DNA from: Eledone cirrhosa
Taxonomy: Eukaryota
Length of the DNA: 64,000 bases
Direction: 5' to 3'
NCBI GenBank assembly: GCA_964016885.1
Contig: CAXHJY010001759.1
Coordinates: forward strand, 1-64,000
Shown here: positions 46,071 through 61,331 of the stretch, piece after piece
Layout: each line of letters opens with the position of its first letter
Position numbering within the stretch: the stretch's first letter is position 1
The notes under the pieces: generated by a model
Seen by the model: the letters and a program-made list of their open reading frames with translations, nothing else
Told to the model about the DNA's origin: nothing
Database searches by the model: none
Made by a program: the position numbers and the translations under genes

Positions 46071-46620
46071 TAGACATAGTTGAAAATGAACAAACAAAAC
46101 ACAGGGGGCAATTGTACATGGTTATATTAGGTTCACGCTTGGTGGAAGTGGAGGGGGTTTCAACATTTCAGATAGAAGTCGTTCATCACACTTGGTGCTA
46201 GTGGATGAGGTTTTGACATTTCAGACAGAGATACTTTGTCACAATTGGTGCAAGTGGATGAGGTTTTGACGTTTCGGACAGAAGTCCTACATGCATAAAG
46301 ACATAGGCACATGCCTATGGATATGTAGCAAAACTTATCCACACATTGACTCCCAGGTGACATTTAACAGTCATTTTCTAGGTTAGCTCCCTGTGGCACC
46401 AGTGGTCTGAGCTAGCAGGTCACGTTGGTGTGAAGACAAGATAGGTTCTCAAGGCTGTCGAGCGGGAACCTTCATACGGTGAACACGACAGAGTTTTGCT
46501 CTGGTCTCCGGCTGGAGACGCATTTTTTGTCTACCCATCATACCACTAGCAAGATGTCCATGGCAAAAATATTTTTTGTTGGTGAGTTTCGGGCCTCTGT
46601 TGATTGTCTGCTGCCAGTTC

Positions 46621-47082
46621 ATCTTAGGACATCCTCTTTACCTCTTTCCTTTGGGGTACCAATATAGGACCTGATTATCTTGGGACATCCTTTTCGTCTC
46701 TTTCCATGGGGGTACTCATACAGTACCTGATTATCTTGGGATGTTGTCTTCACCTCTTTCCGTGAGGGTACCAATACAGGACCTGGTTATCTTGGGATGT
46801 TGTCTTCGTCTCTTTCCATGGGCGTACCAATACAGGACCTGATTATCTTGTGACGTTCTATTTGTGTCTTTCCTTGAGGGTTGCAATACAGGACCTGATT
46901 ACCTTGGGACATCTTTTTTGCCTCTTTCCTTGAGGTTTGCAATACAGGACCCCGATTGCCTTGGGATGTTCTCTTTACTTCTTTCCTTGGGGGTGCCAAT
47001 ACAGGGCCTGATTAGCTTGAGATGTTCTCTTCGCCTCTTTCTGTTGGGTGGGGTACTAATACAGGACCTTATTAGCTTGGGT
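46621..47082. repeat. 56-bp minisatellite, ~8 units
   Basis: Units start at 46621, 46677, 46733, 46789, 46845 and onward. Confidence 0.85.
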
Positions 47083-48112
47083 GTTACATGTCACAACCAG
47101 CCGAGTCGATGCCCGCAAACACCAGCTTACTAATTTAAAAAAAACTTATTTTATTAAATTCATTCAAATGTTTGGTTTTCAAAATTAATTGAAACACATG
47201 GGCTGTGTACTTCATTAGAGATACAGTAATGAAAGGATTAATAAGTTATTTGAAATGAAGATTTTAGATTTCACCTTTGACCTGGGCCTAATACCAACAA
47301 CACATGGGCTTCTACTTGGGGTCAGGGGTACATACAGACATTTTTTCCCCTTTTGGTGCCAGAAAAGAAATTGAATATTTTCTTTTTCTTTTCCTTTGTC
47401 TTTTATGTAGAGAAATACATTTCTTTGACATCACCTAAAAAATTTAGACAAGACATGTAGCTCTCTCTCTCTCTCAATATAGACACACATGTATGTGAGT
47501 TATGTATCTTAGATATATGCGTGTGTGTTTATATATGTATGCGCATGGCTTAGTGGTTAGAGCATTGGATTGGGCTTGCAATCGAAAGGTTGTGAGTTCA
47601 ATTCTCGGACTGGGTGATGTGTTGTTTTCTTGAGCAAGACACTTTATTTCCCATTGCTCCAGTTTACTCAGCTGTAGAAATGAGATGATAGGACTGGGGT
47701 CCCTATCATTCCACTGCAAAGTGGTCGTGGAGGTGCCACAGCAAAAAAGCGCCCAGCCCACACTGTAAAGTGGACGTGGGGTTTATAACCCTCGGAGAAA
47801 TGGAAAAAGATGAGTGTTGCCGTACAGTGTTTCGTCAGATAAAATAGGGAGACATGATATCATCATGCAATAACATTTGCGTTTTCGTCAGATAAAATAT
47901 GTTGATTTAAAACTGCACTATTCACAAGTGTGTTTTAACCTTCATATCATGTCTCCCTATTTTATCTGACGAAAACGCAAATGTTATTGCATGATGATAT
48001 TTGTTTTTGAAATGCGCATAATAAAATACATGGAACTCTTTTAACCATCTTTTGATCTTATATATTATATATATATATATATGTATATATATAGACATAT
48101 ATATATATATCT

Positions 48113-48220
<108 letters not shown>

Positions 48221-49744
48221 GTGTATGTGTAGGTTTGTAACATATATGATGGCTTGGAACATTGCTTTCCTTCACCCTACTACCTCGTCCTCCTCCTCTT
48301 CTTCCTTATCCATCCCTTCAAAAGCAGGGAAGGGTGGCAGGGCAGGGTGTAGGGTATAGAGGTGGGGGTTGGGGGGGGGGTTGGAAGAAAGAGAGGTTTG
48401 GTATTTTATTGCTGTGAAGTAAGAAAGTAAAGCAGTGCTTAAACATGGTAGATATTTCTAGTTTCTCCTCCATCACTATCATCATCATCATCATCATCAC
48501 TTCCATCATTGTCATCATCATTATCATCATCATCATTTACCATCATCATGATTACCATCATTTTCACCATCATCACCATTACCATAAAGGGGTGGTGGAT
48601 TGGCAGTATCGTTAGAGGGTTGGGCAACATACTTTTCAGCATAGAGTTATGGCCCTTTACGTTCTGAGTTCAAATCCTGCAGAGGTTAACTTTGCCTTTC
48701 ATCCTTACGGGGTCGATAAAATAAAGTACCAGTAATGCATTGGGGTAATTGCTGGCCTTGTGCCAAAAGTAGAAACAATTATTGTTACCATCATCATCAT
48801 CATCATTACCATCATTATTACATGGATTGGTAGTATCGGTAGAGGGTTAGATGCCATGCTTTGCAGCATAGAGATATGGCCCTTTACGGTCTGTATTCAT
48901 CTCCTGCCAAGGTTAACTTAGTTTTTTATCCTGACGGGGGTCGATAAAATAAAGTACCAGTAATGCACTGGGATAATTGCTGGCCTTGTGCCAAAAGTAG
49001 CAACAATTATTATTACCATCATCATTAACATTGTCACAATTTTCATGGTCATCATCATCATCATCATCATCACAATTTTGCATTTCATAGGAGATTTCTT
49101 TGGTATTTTATTGATAAGGGCTCTGGCCTTATCAGGTTGTTGTTGCAGGTTTAGCTGGCCTCATACAAAGTCTGCAATTCATAGGAGGTTTCTAGGATGT
49201 GTTAATGATAAGAGCCCACTCCTATATATTGTTACATCCCACAACTGATCTCATACAATTTTGCATTTCATAGGCGATTACTTGGGTCTTTTATTGACAG
49301 GGGACCTGGCCTAACCATGTTTTTACAGATCATACCTATGTAGGTTTAGCTGGCCTCATACAATTTTGCATTTCATAGGAGGTTTCTAGAGTGTTTTAGT
49401 GATAAGAGCCCCAGTCATGTCATGTTGTTACAGCTCATAGCCATGGTTTAGTTAATTTACCAGGCTGCATTTCATAGAAAATTTATTAGGTGTTTTATTG
49501 ATTAAGGCTCCTTGTCCTATCATGAAAAGCAACATGAAATGAAGTATCTTGCTCAAGAACATGATGGACCACTCAGTTTAGAAATTGAACCCATGGACTT
49601 ATGGTTGTGAGTCAAACACACTAACCACTAGGCCATGCACTTTCACATTGGCAGAATTGTTAAAGTATTGGAAGTGATGCCTTTCAGTATTTGTTCCACC
49701 ATTTTGTATTGCATCTTTCTAAATGGTCTTTCACTTGGGTTGAT

Positions 49745-49915
49745 TTAACCCTTTAGCATTTAAACCGGCCATACCTGGCTAGAATTCTCTCACCTCTTTC
49801 TTTTCAAACCGGTCATAACTGGCCACTCATACCGATGTTAACGTATTGTTCTCAAAATAAATATAGAAATCTCATAGGTGAGGTAATTGAGATAAAGCTT
49901 TTTCTGTGAAAATAC
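49745..49915 (+). mobile_element. piggyBac-like terminal repeat (TTAA-CCC end)
   Basis: Reads ttaaccctttagcatttaaaccggccata. Inverted copies are at 4160-4326 and 4690-4856. Confidence 0.45.
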
Positions 49916-52170
49916 AATAGTAATTACTATTGAAGAAATCGTTGTGGACATTGTCAGTATTAGAGTAAAAACTTCCATTTTTTTTAACGCGATGAAGTTA
50001 TAGTGTTGTTTTGTACTTTTCAAGACTGTCTTGCTGATGTTGTTTCATGTGGTTTATTAATTCAAATGTTTATAGTATCTTTACTAGTTGACAGATTATT
50101 GTGAAAATTTATTGAATTAGAACATGCATGGGCAACCTTTTTCGAGAAGGGGGCCGCAAGCGCTAATTTACATTCGTGCCCACATTTTAAAAAAAGGGGT
50201 GGTAATTCAGATTATTTTGATTTGTTTCTTGAGAATTTGTACACGTTGTTTTCCTCGATCGTAAACATGATAGAAAGATAAATTACGACTGAAAAGTTGG
50301 GGTAAAAAAGTCAGAAAGATTTCACTTTGGTGACTTAGGCGAACCATTCAGCTTACTCATGACTGTATTAAAGTAATGGCTTCAATTTTGTTTAATGTAG
50401 TGTAATTATAGTGTTGTTCAGTACTTTTCAAGAATGTCTTGTTAATGCGGTTTCATGTGGTACAGGATGTTAAGAGTCAATAATTATTGTTTGTTTTTTT
50501 TCCGCTGTAATTGTTGTTGTTGTACATCCATTGATTCCAAAAATTGCTGGATCAGTACTAACCTGGAATTAAACAACAACTACCCTCACCACCATAACAA
50601 CTGGAACAACCACCAACCACTATCACAACAACCACAACTACAGCAACTCATAGAAGCATGAAAAACTGAAACTCTGTAATTTGTCAGTCTTGTGTGCCAA
50701 ATAATGTCTTGGAGATTGGCCAAACCAATTCTAGAGATAGAATTTCTTCATTCTGGTTTCGTTATTTTTTTCCATTTTGTTTCCTTATTCCATCCATCAT
50801 GTTGGTTTAAATGGAGTTCAAAATTTGTTAACAAAGATGTTTATAAATATATCTTCCATCCTTGGATTAATTTGTTGGAGAGTAAATTATAGCGGACTTG
50901 AGCAAAGGATAAACTGGTTATATTCGTTAACTCTCTTGATATCAATCTCCCTGAAACCTTCCCTGGTTCTATGATACAAAACTGCTGTATATTTTAAAGT
51001 ATTCGTATTTATCTGAAAACCTTCCACTAGAAACCACCCATGGTTCTATGATTCAAAACTTTATTTTAAAGGGTTTACATTTCTCTAAAAATCTTCCATT
51101 ATAATTTTATCCAAGAACCTTTGTTAAGTTATGTTCCAACCACTCTTGGCTCTATGACACAAAGCGGAGGTCTGAGTTCAAATTCCGCTGAGGTTTGCTT
51201 TGCCTTTCATCCTTACGAGGTCAATAAAATATAGCACCAGTAATTACTTTAAAATGTTTACATTTTAAACCTATCATAATTTTATGTAAGAACTTTTGTT
51301 AAGTCGTGTTCCAAACACCTCTGGTTCTATGATACAAAGCTGTTTATTTTAAAGTGTTTATATTTATCTAAAAACCTTCTATCATAATTTTATGTAAGAA
51401 CATTTGTCAAACAATGACACCAACTCACCTGAAATTGCTTTCAGTTTTATGATACAAAACTTTATTTTACAGTGTTTATATCTAAAAAAAATTCTATTAT
51501 TATTTTATATAAGAAGTTTTTAATAAGTTCTTTTCCAAACAACAACTTAATAATGAGTTTGTTCGTTATATTTCTAAATGATTCAAGATTCTTGATTGTT
51601 TTCAAAATTATTTGGAAATTATAGGCTGTGTCTTTCATTAAAAATATAATAATTGTTTCTACTCTAGGCACAAGGCCAGCAAATTACCCAGTACATTACT
51701 GGTACTTTATTTTATCGACCCTGTAAGGATGAAAGGCAAAGTTAACCTCGGCGGGATTTGAACTCAGACTGTTAAAAATATAATAATGAAAGGATTCAAG
51801 TGTTTCTATTTATCTAAAACCTTTCACCATAATTTTATGTAAGAACCTTTGTTATGTTCTAGACACCAGTTTAAGAGTAAAATTATATTACTTAAACCCC
51901 CTCCAAATTCTTGATTATTTTCAAAATTATTTGCAAACCACCAGCAATGTCTTTCATTAAAAATGTATTAATGAAATGGTTCAAGTGTTTATGTTTATCT
52001 AAAACCTTCCATTATAATTTTCTGTAAAAACTTTTATTTTCCAAACTTTGACTTCATGATGAGAAAGTTATATTACTAAAATCATTCCTAATTTTTGATT
52101 CTTTTCAAAATTGCTTTGAAAATTATAGTCAGTGTCTTCCATTAGAAATATGGTAAGGAATGGGTGAAGC

Positions 52171-52358
52171 CAGGCATGTCAAACATGCAGCCCCTTACAA
52201 GCACACCTGCGGCTCGCACAAAGGTTTTTACAACGTGAGCATGTTTTATCTTCGTAAAATTAGTTGTAATGTGCGCAATTAGTGGTCGTGTGTGGCCCTC
52301 AGACAACACATGTGTGACCCATGTGGTCCTCGGGGGGACCCTCAGTTTGACATGCCTG
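52171..52358. mobile_element. hAT (Charlie-like) MITE
   Basis: Has a perfect 14-bp TIR CAGGCATGTCAAAC/GTTTGACATGCCTG and an 8-bp TSD ggtgaagc/ggttaagc (7 of 8 match). Confidence 0.8.
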
Positions 52359-52989
52359 GGTTAAGCATTCTCCATCCTGTTGGATGGGACCCAGAGGCAG
52401 AGGCTAAGTTAGTTGGTAGTGGAGGACACTCATTCGGATGTCACTTTCACACATGTATTGAGTGCTTTTTTTTAAACTGTTGTATTTATTCATATAGTTA
52501 TTGTTTATGTTTTTTGATCTTTTCTCTTACTGAAACTCTAGAACATGAATGGTATTTATTTGTATTCGATTCCGAGGAGTTATTCTAACTGGAATGGAAT
52601 ATTCTTGTTAGAATTACTGGTGTCACGCAGTAATACAGAGTACCCGACCTCCCATGGGTACAAGCTGAAGCATAGAGACAATATGCCCCCACACACCCCA
52701 CTGCAAGGTGGTCGTGGAGGTGCCACGGCAAAAAAGCACCCAGCCCACACTGTAAAGTGGACGTGTAGGCGCCACGAAAAAGCACCCAGCACTCACTGTA
52801 AATGAGGTTGGTGTTAGGAAGGGCATCCAGCTGTAGAAATCAAGCCAAATCAGTTCCTGTATGAGCAAGGCATGGTCAGCCGACCAGACACTGCCCACAA
52901 CAGGACAACCCATCTAACCCATGCTAGCGTGGAAGAACGGACATAAAACGGTGATGATGATGATGAGTCTAACGAAACGGTGGCATATT

Positions 52990-53110
52990 CGATGTTAATT
53001 AGAGAGCATCTCCATATTGGAAGGAATTATTTCTCTGGCTCCAAACTTCTTGCTTTGGATAAAAACCCTGGCACTACCAATCCCGATACAGACAACAGAA
53101 GATGTCTGAA
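52990..53110 (+). mobile_element. Possible CRE-like RT fragment
   Basis: SKLLALDKNPG resembles the (C/S)RLIALDK.PGVRPI motif of CRE-type RTs. The fragment is short and degenerate. Confidence 0.35.
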
Positions 53111-53179
53111 AAATTGGGACTTGACTGATTGCTTTCTCTCTCTGCTTTTTACTAGCGTTGAGTCTACCTTGTGTCCTTG

Positions 53180-55010
53180 ACCACCACCAACACCACCACC
53201 ACACCACCACTACCACTAACACCACCACCACTACAAGTAATATCACCAACACCACCACCACCACACCACCACTACCACTAACACCACCACCACTACAAGT
53301 AATATCACCACCACCACCACCACCACACCACCACTACCACCAACACCACCACCACTACAAGTAATATCACCAACACCACCACCACCACACCACCACTACC
53401 ACCAACACCACCACCACTACAAGTAATATCACCAACACCGCCACCAGCACACCACCACCACCACCAACACCACCACCACCACTACAAGTAATATCACCAG
53501 CACTACCACCACTACCAGTAATATCAACAACACCACCATCACACCAGCACTACCACCACTACCAGTAATATCAACAACACCACCACCACCATCACACCAG
53601 CACTACCACCACTACCAGTAATATCAACAACACCACCACCACCATCACACCAGCACTACCACCACTACCAGTAATATCAACAACACCAACACACCACCAC
53701 TACTATCAACACCAACACACAACTACACCGCCACCATTACACCACCAGCCCCACATGACAACCTCCACATCCAACATTATCACTACCATCATTACATCAC
53801 CACCACCTCACTATCATCATCACTGCTACCACCACCACCACCATACCACTACTCCCACCATCATACAACTACCACCACCATCACCACTACCACTACCACA
53901 CCACTACCACACCACTGCTCCCACCATCATACCACCACCATACCACTACTCCCACCATCATACAACTACCACCACCATCACCACTACCACCACCATCATC
54001 ATACCACTACTCCCACCATCATACCACTACCACCACCATACCACTACTCCCACCATCATACCACCACCATACCACTACTCCCACCATCATACCACCCCCA
54101 CCACCATACCACTACTCCCACCATCATACAACTACCACCACTATCACCACTACCACCACCATACCACTGCTCCCACCATCATACCACCACCACCACCATA
54201 CCACTACTCCCACCATCATACCACCCCCACCACTATACCACTACTCCCACCATCATACAACTACCACCACCATCACCACTACCACCACCATACCACTGCT
54301 CCCACCATCATACCATACCACTACTCCCACCATCATACAACTCCCATTACCATCACCACTACCACCACCATACCACTGCTCCCACCATCATACCACCACC
54401 ACCACCACCATACCACTACTCCCACCATCATACAACTACCACCACCATACCACTACTATTGGACAGCCACTACTACACCATCACAAAGTCCACCACCACA
54501 TTACTACTACATCAACACCACAGCCACACCACTATAGCATTACTACTGCTGCCATCACACCACTACCACCACCACCACACCACTACCACCACCATCACCA
54601 CTACCACCATACCATTACTACTGTGGCCACCACCATCACCACTGCCACTCCCACCACCACACCACTACCTCCACCACCATCATACCACCACCACCACCAC
54701 CACCACTACCACCACTACACCACCACACCACTACCTCCACCACCATACCATTACTATTGTGGCCACTCCCACCACCACACCACTACCTCCACCACTATCA
54801 TACCACCACCACCACTACCACCACTACACCACCACACCACTACCTCCACCACCATACCATTACTACTGTGGCCACCACCATCACCACTGCCACTACCATC
54901 ACTACACCACTCCCACCACCACACCACTACCTCCACCACCACCACTACCACCACCACCACAATCACCACCACCACCACCACCATACCACTACTACTGCTG
55001 CCACTACTAT
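53180..55010. repeat. Degenerate CAC/CAT/TAC triplet array with higher-order units
   Basis: Seen directly. Confidence 0.9.
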
Positions 55011-55304
55011 AACATTACTATCAGGTTTGATGTGTGGAATCTGCTACTTCTACCATCTCTCTCAGCCACCACCGACCCCACCCTACCCTTTCACCCCATC
55101 CCTTCACCTCATCCCTTCCCTCTGCTCCTCCACCCTGTCCCTTCTACAACATACACAGAAACACACACTACACCTTTTAGCCTCACCCTATCCCTCTTTC
55201 CAGTAGTTATCTTTAAAGTTCTTGTCTGAAACCTAAACCCCTAAATCTACCCCTCCCCTTTTTTATTATTATTTGTATATATCTCTCTCTCTCTCTCTCT
55301 CACA

Positions 55305-55500
55305 CACTCTCTCTCCCTGTCTCTCTCTCTCCCTAATCTGATATCACTCTAAACTCCTTAAAAAAATCCTCCCTGAAGTTTTGGGTTCCAAGGGACTTTA
55401 AAGTTATTTATTCAATCAACTCTCTCTGTTCCTGTCTTCTTCTTCTCTCTCTCTCTCTCTTCTTAAAACTCTATCTCTCCCTCTCTCTCTGTCTTCTTAA

Positions 55501-55536
<36 letters not shown>

Positions 55537-56025
55537 TCTTAAGGCTATCTCTCTCTCTCTCTCTCTCTGTCTGTCTTCTTAAAGCTCTATCTCTCCCTCT
55601 CTTTCTCTCTCTCTCTGTCTTCTTAAGGCTTTCTCTCTCTCTCTCCTTAAAGCTCTATCTTTCCCTGTCTCTCTCTCTCTGTCTTCTCAAGGCTCTATCT
55701 CTCCCTCTCTCTCTCTCTCTCCTTAAGGCTCTCCCTCTATCTGTCTCCTCCTTAGGTCTCTCTCTCTTCTCCCCCTTAAGGCTTTTTATTTCTCTCTCTC
55801 CCTCTCTCTGTCTTCTTCTCCTTAAGGTTTTCTCAGATATTTTTTCACTTTCTTCATCTCCCTCTCTTTTTTCCTCTCCTTCTCTTTGGGTCTCTCTCTA
55901 CCCCTCCGCCCACCACACACACACACACATACAAACAAACAAGCAACACACAGCACACACACACACCATAAATACATACATAGGCATACAACAGATACAC
56001 AGAAAGATATACAAATATGTAAAAA

Positions 56026-56066
<41 letters not shown>

Positions 56067-56345
56067 GAGAGAGAAAGCCTTAAGAAGACAGAGAGAGAGA
56101 GAAAGCCTTAAGAAGACACAGACAGAGAGAGAGAGAGAGAGAAAGCCTTAAGAAGACAGAGAGGGAGAGATAGAGTTTTAAGAAGAGAGAGAGAGAGAAG
56201 AAGAAGACAGGAACAGAGAGAGTTGATTGAATAAATAACTTTAAAGTCCCTTGGAACCCAAAACTTCAGGGAGGATTTTTTTAAGGAGTTTAGAGTGATA
56301 TCAGATTAGGGAGAGAGAGAGAGACAGGGATAGAGAGTGAGAGAG
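55305..56345. repeat. Long inverted repeat (~200-bp arms)
   Basis: 55305-55505 is the reverse complement of ~56143-56345. Confidence 0.85.
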
Positions 56346-56569
56346 AGAGAGAGAGACAGGGATAGAGAGTGTGAGAGAGAAAGAGAGAGAGAGAGCGAGT
56401 TTTAGCAGATTATTTGAAATTAATCTTCTCCTCTGCTATAAAATTGAAAATTGGATCTGTTTTACCCTCCCACCCACCCCTAAAATAGAGACAGTAAATA
56501 AACAAGTGAAAAACAAAATAGAAAAAAACCCCCAAACAAACAAACATTACATACAAAATAAACAAGCCA

Positions 56570-58259
56570 CCCCATATCTACCCCCAGCCATCACATCCTC
56601 CTACCTAGCCATCGCATCCAGCCACCCAGCACTACATCCATCTACCCAGCCACCCAGCACTACATCCATCTACCCAGCCACCCATCACCACAACCATCCA
56701 CCCAGCCACCCATCACATCCATCCCTCCAGCCATCACTTCCACCACATCTACCACATCCACCCAGACACCACATCCATCTACCCAGCCATCACAACATCC
56801 ACCCATCACATCTATCCACCCAGCCACCCCTATATCTATCGAGCCAACACTTCCATCACATTTACCCAGCCACCACATATCTACCCAGCCATCACAACCA
56901 TCTACCCAGTCATCACATCCACCCATCACATCTATCCACCCAGCCACCCCTATATCCATCAAGCCAACACTTCCATCACATCTACCCAGCCACCACCAAG
57001 TCATCATACCTACATAGCCATCACATCCAGTCAGCACATTTGCCCATCCACCCATCCATTCATCCACCCATCATCCATCCATCACATCCACCCATCATCT
57101 ACCCATCACATCCACCCATCATCCACCCATCACATCCTCCCATCACATCCACCCATCATCCACCCATCATCCACCCATCACATCCAGCCATCACATCCAG
57201 CCATCACATCCACCCATCATCCACCGATCATCTACCCATCACATCTACCCATCACATCCACCCATCACATCCACCCATCATCCACCCATCATCTACCCAT
57301 CACATCCACCCATCATTTACACCCATCATCTACCCATCACATCCACCCATCATCCAGCCATCACATCCACCCATCATCTACCCATCATATCCACCCATCA
57401 TCCACCCATCATCTACCCATCACATCCACCCATCATCCACCCATCACATCCTCCCATCATCTACCCATCATATCCACCCATCATCCACCCATCATCCACC
57501 CATCACATCCACCCATCACATCCACCCATCACATCCACCCATCACATCTACCCATCATCCACCCATCACATCCACCCATCATCCAGCCATCACATCCACC
57601 CATCATCCACCCATCACATCCACCCATCACATCCACCCATCACATCCACCCATCATCTACCCATCACCACCCATCATTCACCCATCATCTACCCATCACA
57701 TCCACCCATCATCCACCCATCATCTACCCATCACATCCACCCATCATCCACCCATCATCTACCCATCACATCCACCCATCATCCACCCATCACATCCTCC
57801 CATCATCTACCCATCACATCCACCCATCACATCCACCCATCACATCCACCCATCACATCTACCCATCATCCACCCATCACATCCACCCATCATCCACCCA
57901 TCACATCCACCCATCACATCCACCCATCACATCCACCCATCACATCCACCCATCATCCACCCATCACATCCACCCATCATCCACCCATCACATCCACCCA
58001 TCACATCCACCCATCACATCCACCCATCACATCCACCCATCATCCACCCATCACATCCACCCATCATCCACCCATCATCTACCCATCACATCCACCCATC
58101 ACATCCACCCCCTCCAAACACCTCACCCCCAGGGGCCTAAAGCCTTGTGTATATATACTTCCATCCCTTCTGGAATTTCTGCTGCTACTACTACTATTAC
58201 TACTACTGTTGTTACTACTACTACTACTACTGCTACTAAGACTACCTTTTTCACCACTG

Positions 58260-58295
<36 letters not shown>

Positions 58296-58316
58296 AGACT
58301 ACCTTTTTCACCACTG

Positions 58317-58352
<36 letters not shown>

Positions 58353-58424
58353 AGACTACCTTTTTCACAACTGCCACTACTACTACTACTACTACTGCTA
58401 CTAAGACTACCTTTTTCACCACTG

Positions 58425-58469
<45 letters not shown>

Positions 58470-58490
58470 AGACTACCTTTTTCACCACTG

Positions 58491-58557
<67 letters not shown>

Positions 58558-59190
58558 CTTTTTCACCACTGCCACCACCACTACTACTACCACTACCAAT
58601 ACAACTACTTCCACCAGTAGTAGTAGTAATAGTAGTAGTCCCATGTGTTCCCATCAATTAGCAGTGACTGTCAACACCCCCTCCCCTCCCCTCCAGTGAA
58701 ACACTAAACTGCACTAAAACCCTGTTTTTTTGCATTAGTCTTTTTTTTAGCAGAACACCACCTCTCTTCCATCACCCCCCAGAACACCACCCCTCCTCTA
58801 TTGTCCCTTCAGAACACCATCCCTCCCTCTATCCCCCCCCCCGAACACTAAACCCCACCCCCCACCTCATCCACCCCCACCCCCAACAAAAACACTACTC
58901 CCCATCACCCCCAGAACACTATCCCTCTTCCACCTCCTCCATCACCCCCCAGAACACTACCCCTCTTCAACCTCCTCCATCACCCTCTCAGAACACTACT
59001 CCTCTTCCACCTCCTGCATCACCCCCCCTGAACACTACCTCCCCCCCGAACACCATCTCCCCCCCCCAGAACACTACCCCTCTTCCACCTCCTCCATCAC
59101 CTCCCCCAGAACACCACTCCATTAACCCCCCCCCAGAACACCACCTCTCCTCCACCACCCCCATCAGAACACCCCCACCCCCCAGACACC
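56570..59190. repeat. C-rich degenerate satellites (ccatcacatccac; actaagactacctttttcacc(act)n; cagaacac)
   Basis: Seen directly. Confidence 0.9.
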
Positions 59191-60048
59191 TCTGCTAACC
59201 CCCCAAATCCTACCCCCCTCACGTCTCTCCTCCCACTGCTCCTCCCAGCATCCCTACATCATGCTAACCTAACTTTGCCATGCCAAGCTAAGGAGCCAAA
59301 AAATCCCATCTCCCATATTATTTCTCTCCAAAGGGATATATATACATATATATATACATTTATATGTATATATGTATATATATGTAATGTATACATGTAT
59401 GTATATAAATAAATGTATGTATATATATATATATGTATGTATATAAATGTATGTATGTATATATATATGTATGTATATATATATATATGTATGTATGTAT
59501 ATATATATATGTATATAAATGAATGTATGTATCTATATATATGTAATGTATACATGTATGTATATAAATGAATGTATGTATATATATATATGTATGTATA
59601 TAAATGAATGTATGTATATATATATGTATGTATATAAATGAATGTATGTATATATATATATATATGTATGTATATAAATGAATGTATGTATATATATGTA
59701 ATGTATACATGTATATATATAAATGTATGTATGTATACATGTATGTATGTATATATATATATATCCGCAATTGGGATTTAACAAATCTCCCCCTCTCTCT
59801 TGCTCATTCTCTCTCTTGCTCGTTCTCTCTCTCTATATAATGTGTGTAACTGCTCTTTTTCTCTGAAAAAATATACATACATGTATACACACAAACACCT
59901 TTCTATATACATGTATACACACAAACACCTTTCTATATACATTCATACAGAAGCACACATGCCCACACCCATATATTTATATATAATATATATATTACAC
60001 ACACACACACATATGTTTATATATACATAGGTAATATATATACATAGG

Positions 60049-60084
<36 letters not shown>

Positions 60085-60090
60085 ATAATA

Positions 60091-60144
<54 letters not shown>

Positions 60145-60235
60145 GTAATATATATATATATATATATATATTACCCATATATATATATTACACACACACA
60201 TGTTTATATATACATAGGTAATATATATACATAGG

Positions 60236-60287
<52 letters not shown>

Positions 60288-60289
60288 TG

Positions 60290-60341
<52 letters not shown>

Positions 60342-60347
60342 ATAATA

Positions 60348-60379
<32 letters not shown>

Positions 60380-60694
60380 GGGTAATATATATATATATAT
60401 ATATTACCCATATATATATATATATAATATATATATTATATATATTATACACACACACGTTTATATATACATAGGTAATATATATATATATATATTACCC
60501 ATAACGAAGGAAATGTGGTAAGGAACCAGATGGACCATAACGCACCAAAGTACTCAATACTTAGGGTAGTAGAGTGGGTAATAGGAACCAGTAAGACCCC
60601 TACGGCTGAGCTCAAGCCATTTCGACGGCTAATTCTGGACTGGTAGTATATACATTCTGGACTGGTAGTACATACATTCATTTATATATACTAC

Positions 60695-60734
<40 letters not shown>

Positions 60735-60813
60735 TTATATATATAATATATATATTACACACACACACACATATGTTTATATATACATAGGTAATATATA
60801 TATATATATTTAT

Positions 60814-60898
<85 letters not shown>

Positions 60899-61101
60899 CA
60901 AACTGGGTGTAGTCCTTCCCTTACTGAAACAGCAACTAGAGGTGGTGGTGTTGATGGTCTTAATGGTGGTGATGGTATTGATGGTGGTAGTTGGTAGTGT
61001 TGGACATTTTGTGGAAAATGCAGGAAATAAACATTGAACCCTTAGCAATAAAGGGATGATGTTACATCCCAGCTGAAACTACCAGTGGAGCTTTATATAT
61101 G

Positions 61102-61179
<78 letters not shown>

Positions 61180-61255
61180 ATATATATATATATATACACA
61201 TATATATATATACACATATATATATATATATATACACATATATATATATATATAT

Positions 61256-61331
<76 letters not shown>

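Noticed and set aside
47820-48000. Rearranged inverted repeat with TGATGA..TGAC-GAAACACTGTA on the minus strand
   Set aside because: It is probably a decayed member of the HHR group, but C3 and stem I are lost, so it was not called. The same applies to 28790-28880, 36200-36245 and 38478-38512.
52958-52980. TGATGAGTCTAACGAAACGG hammerhead-like string
   Set aside because: It is formed by a (GAT)n SINE tail, lacks C3 and has no stem I or III.
56371-58140. 589-aa His/Pro-rich ORF
   Set aside because: It is the translation of a degenerate CCAT/CAC satellite, with no ATG start and no domain.
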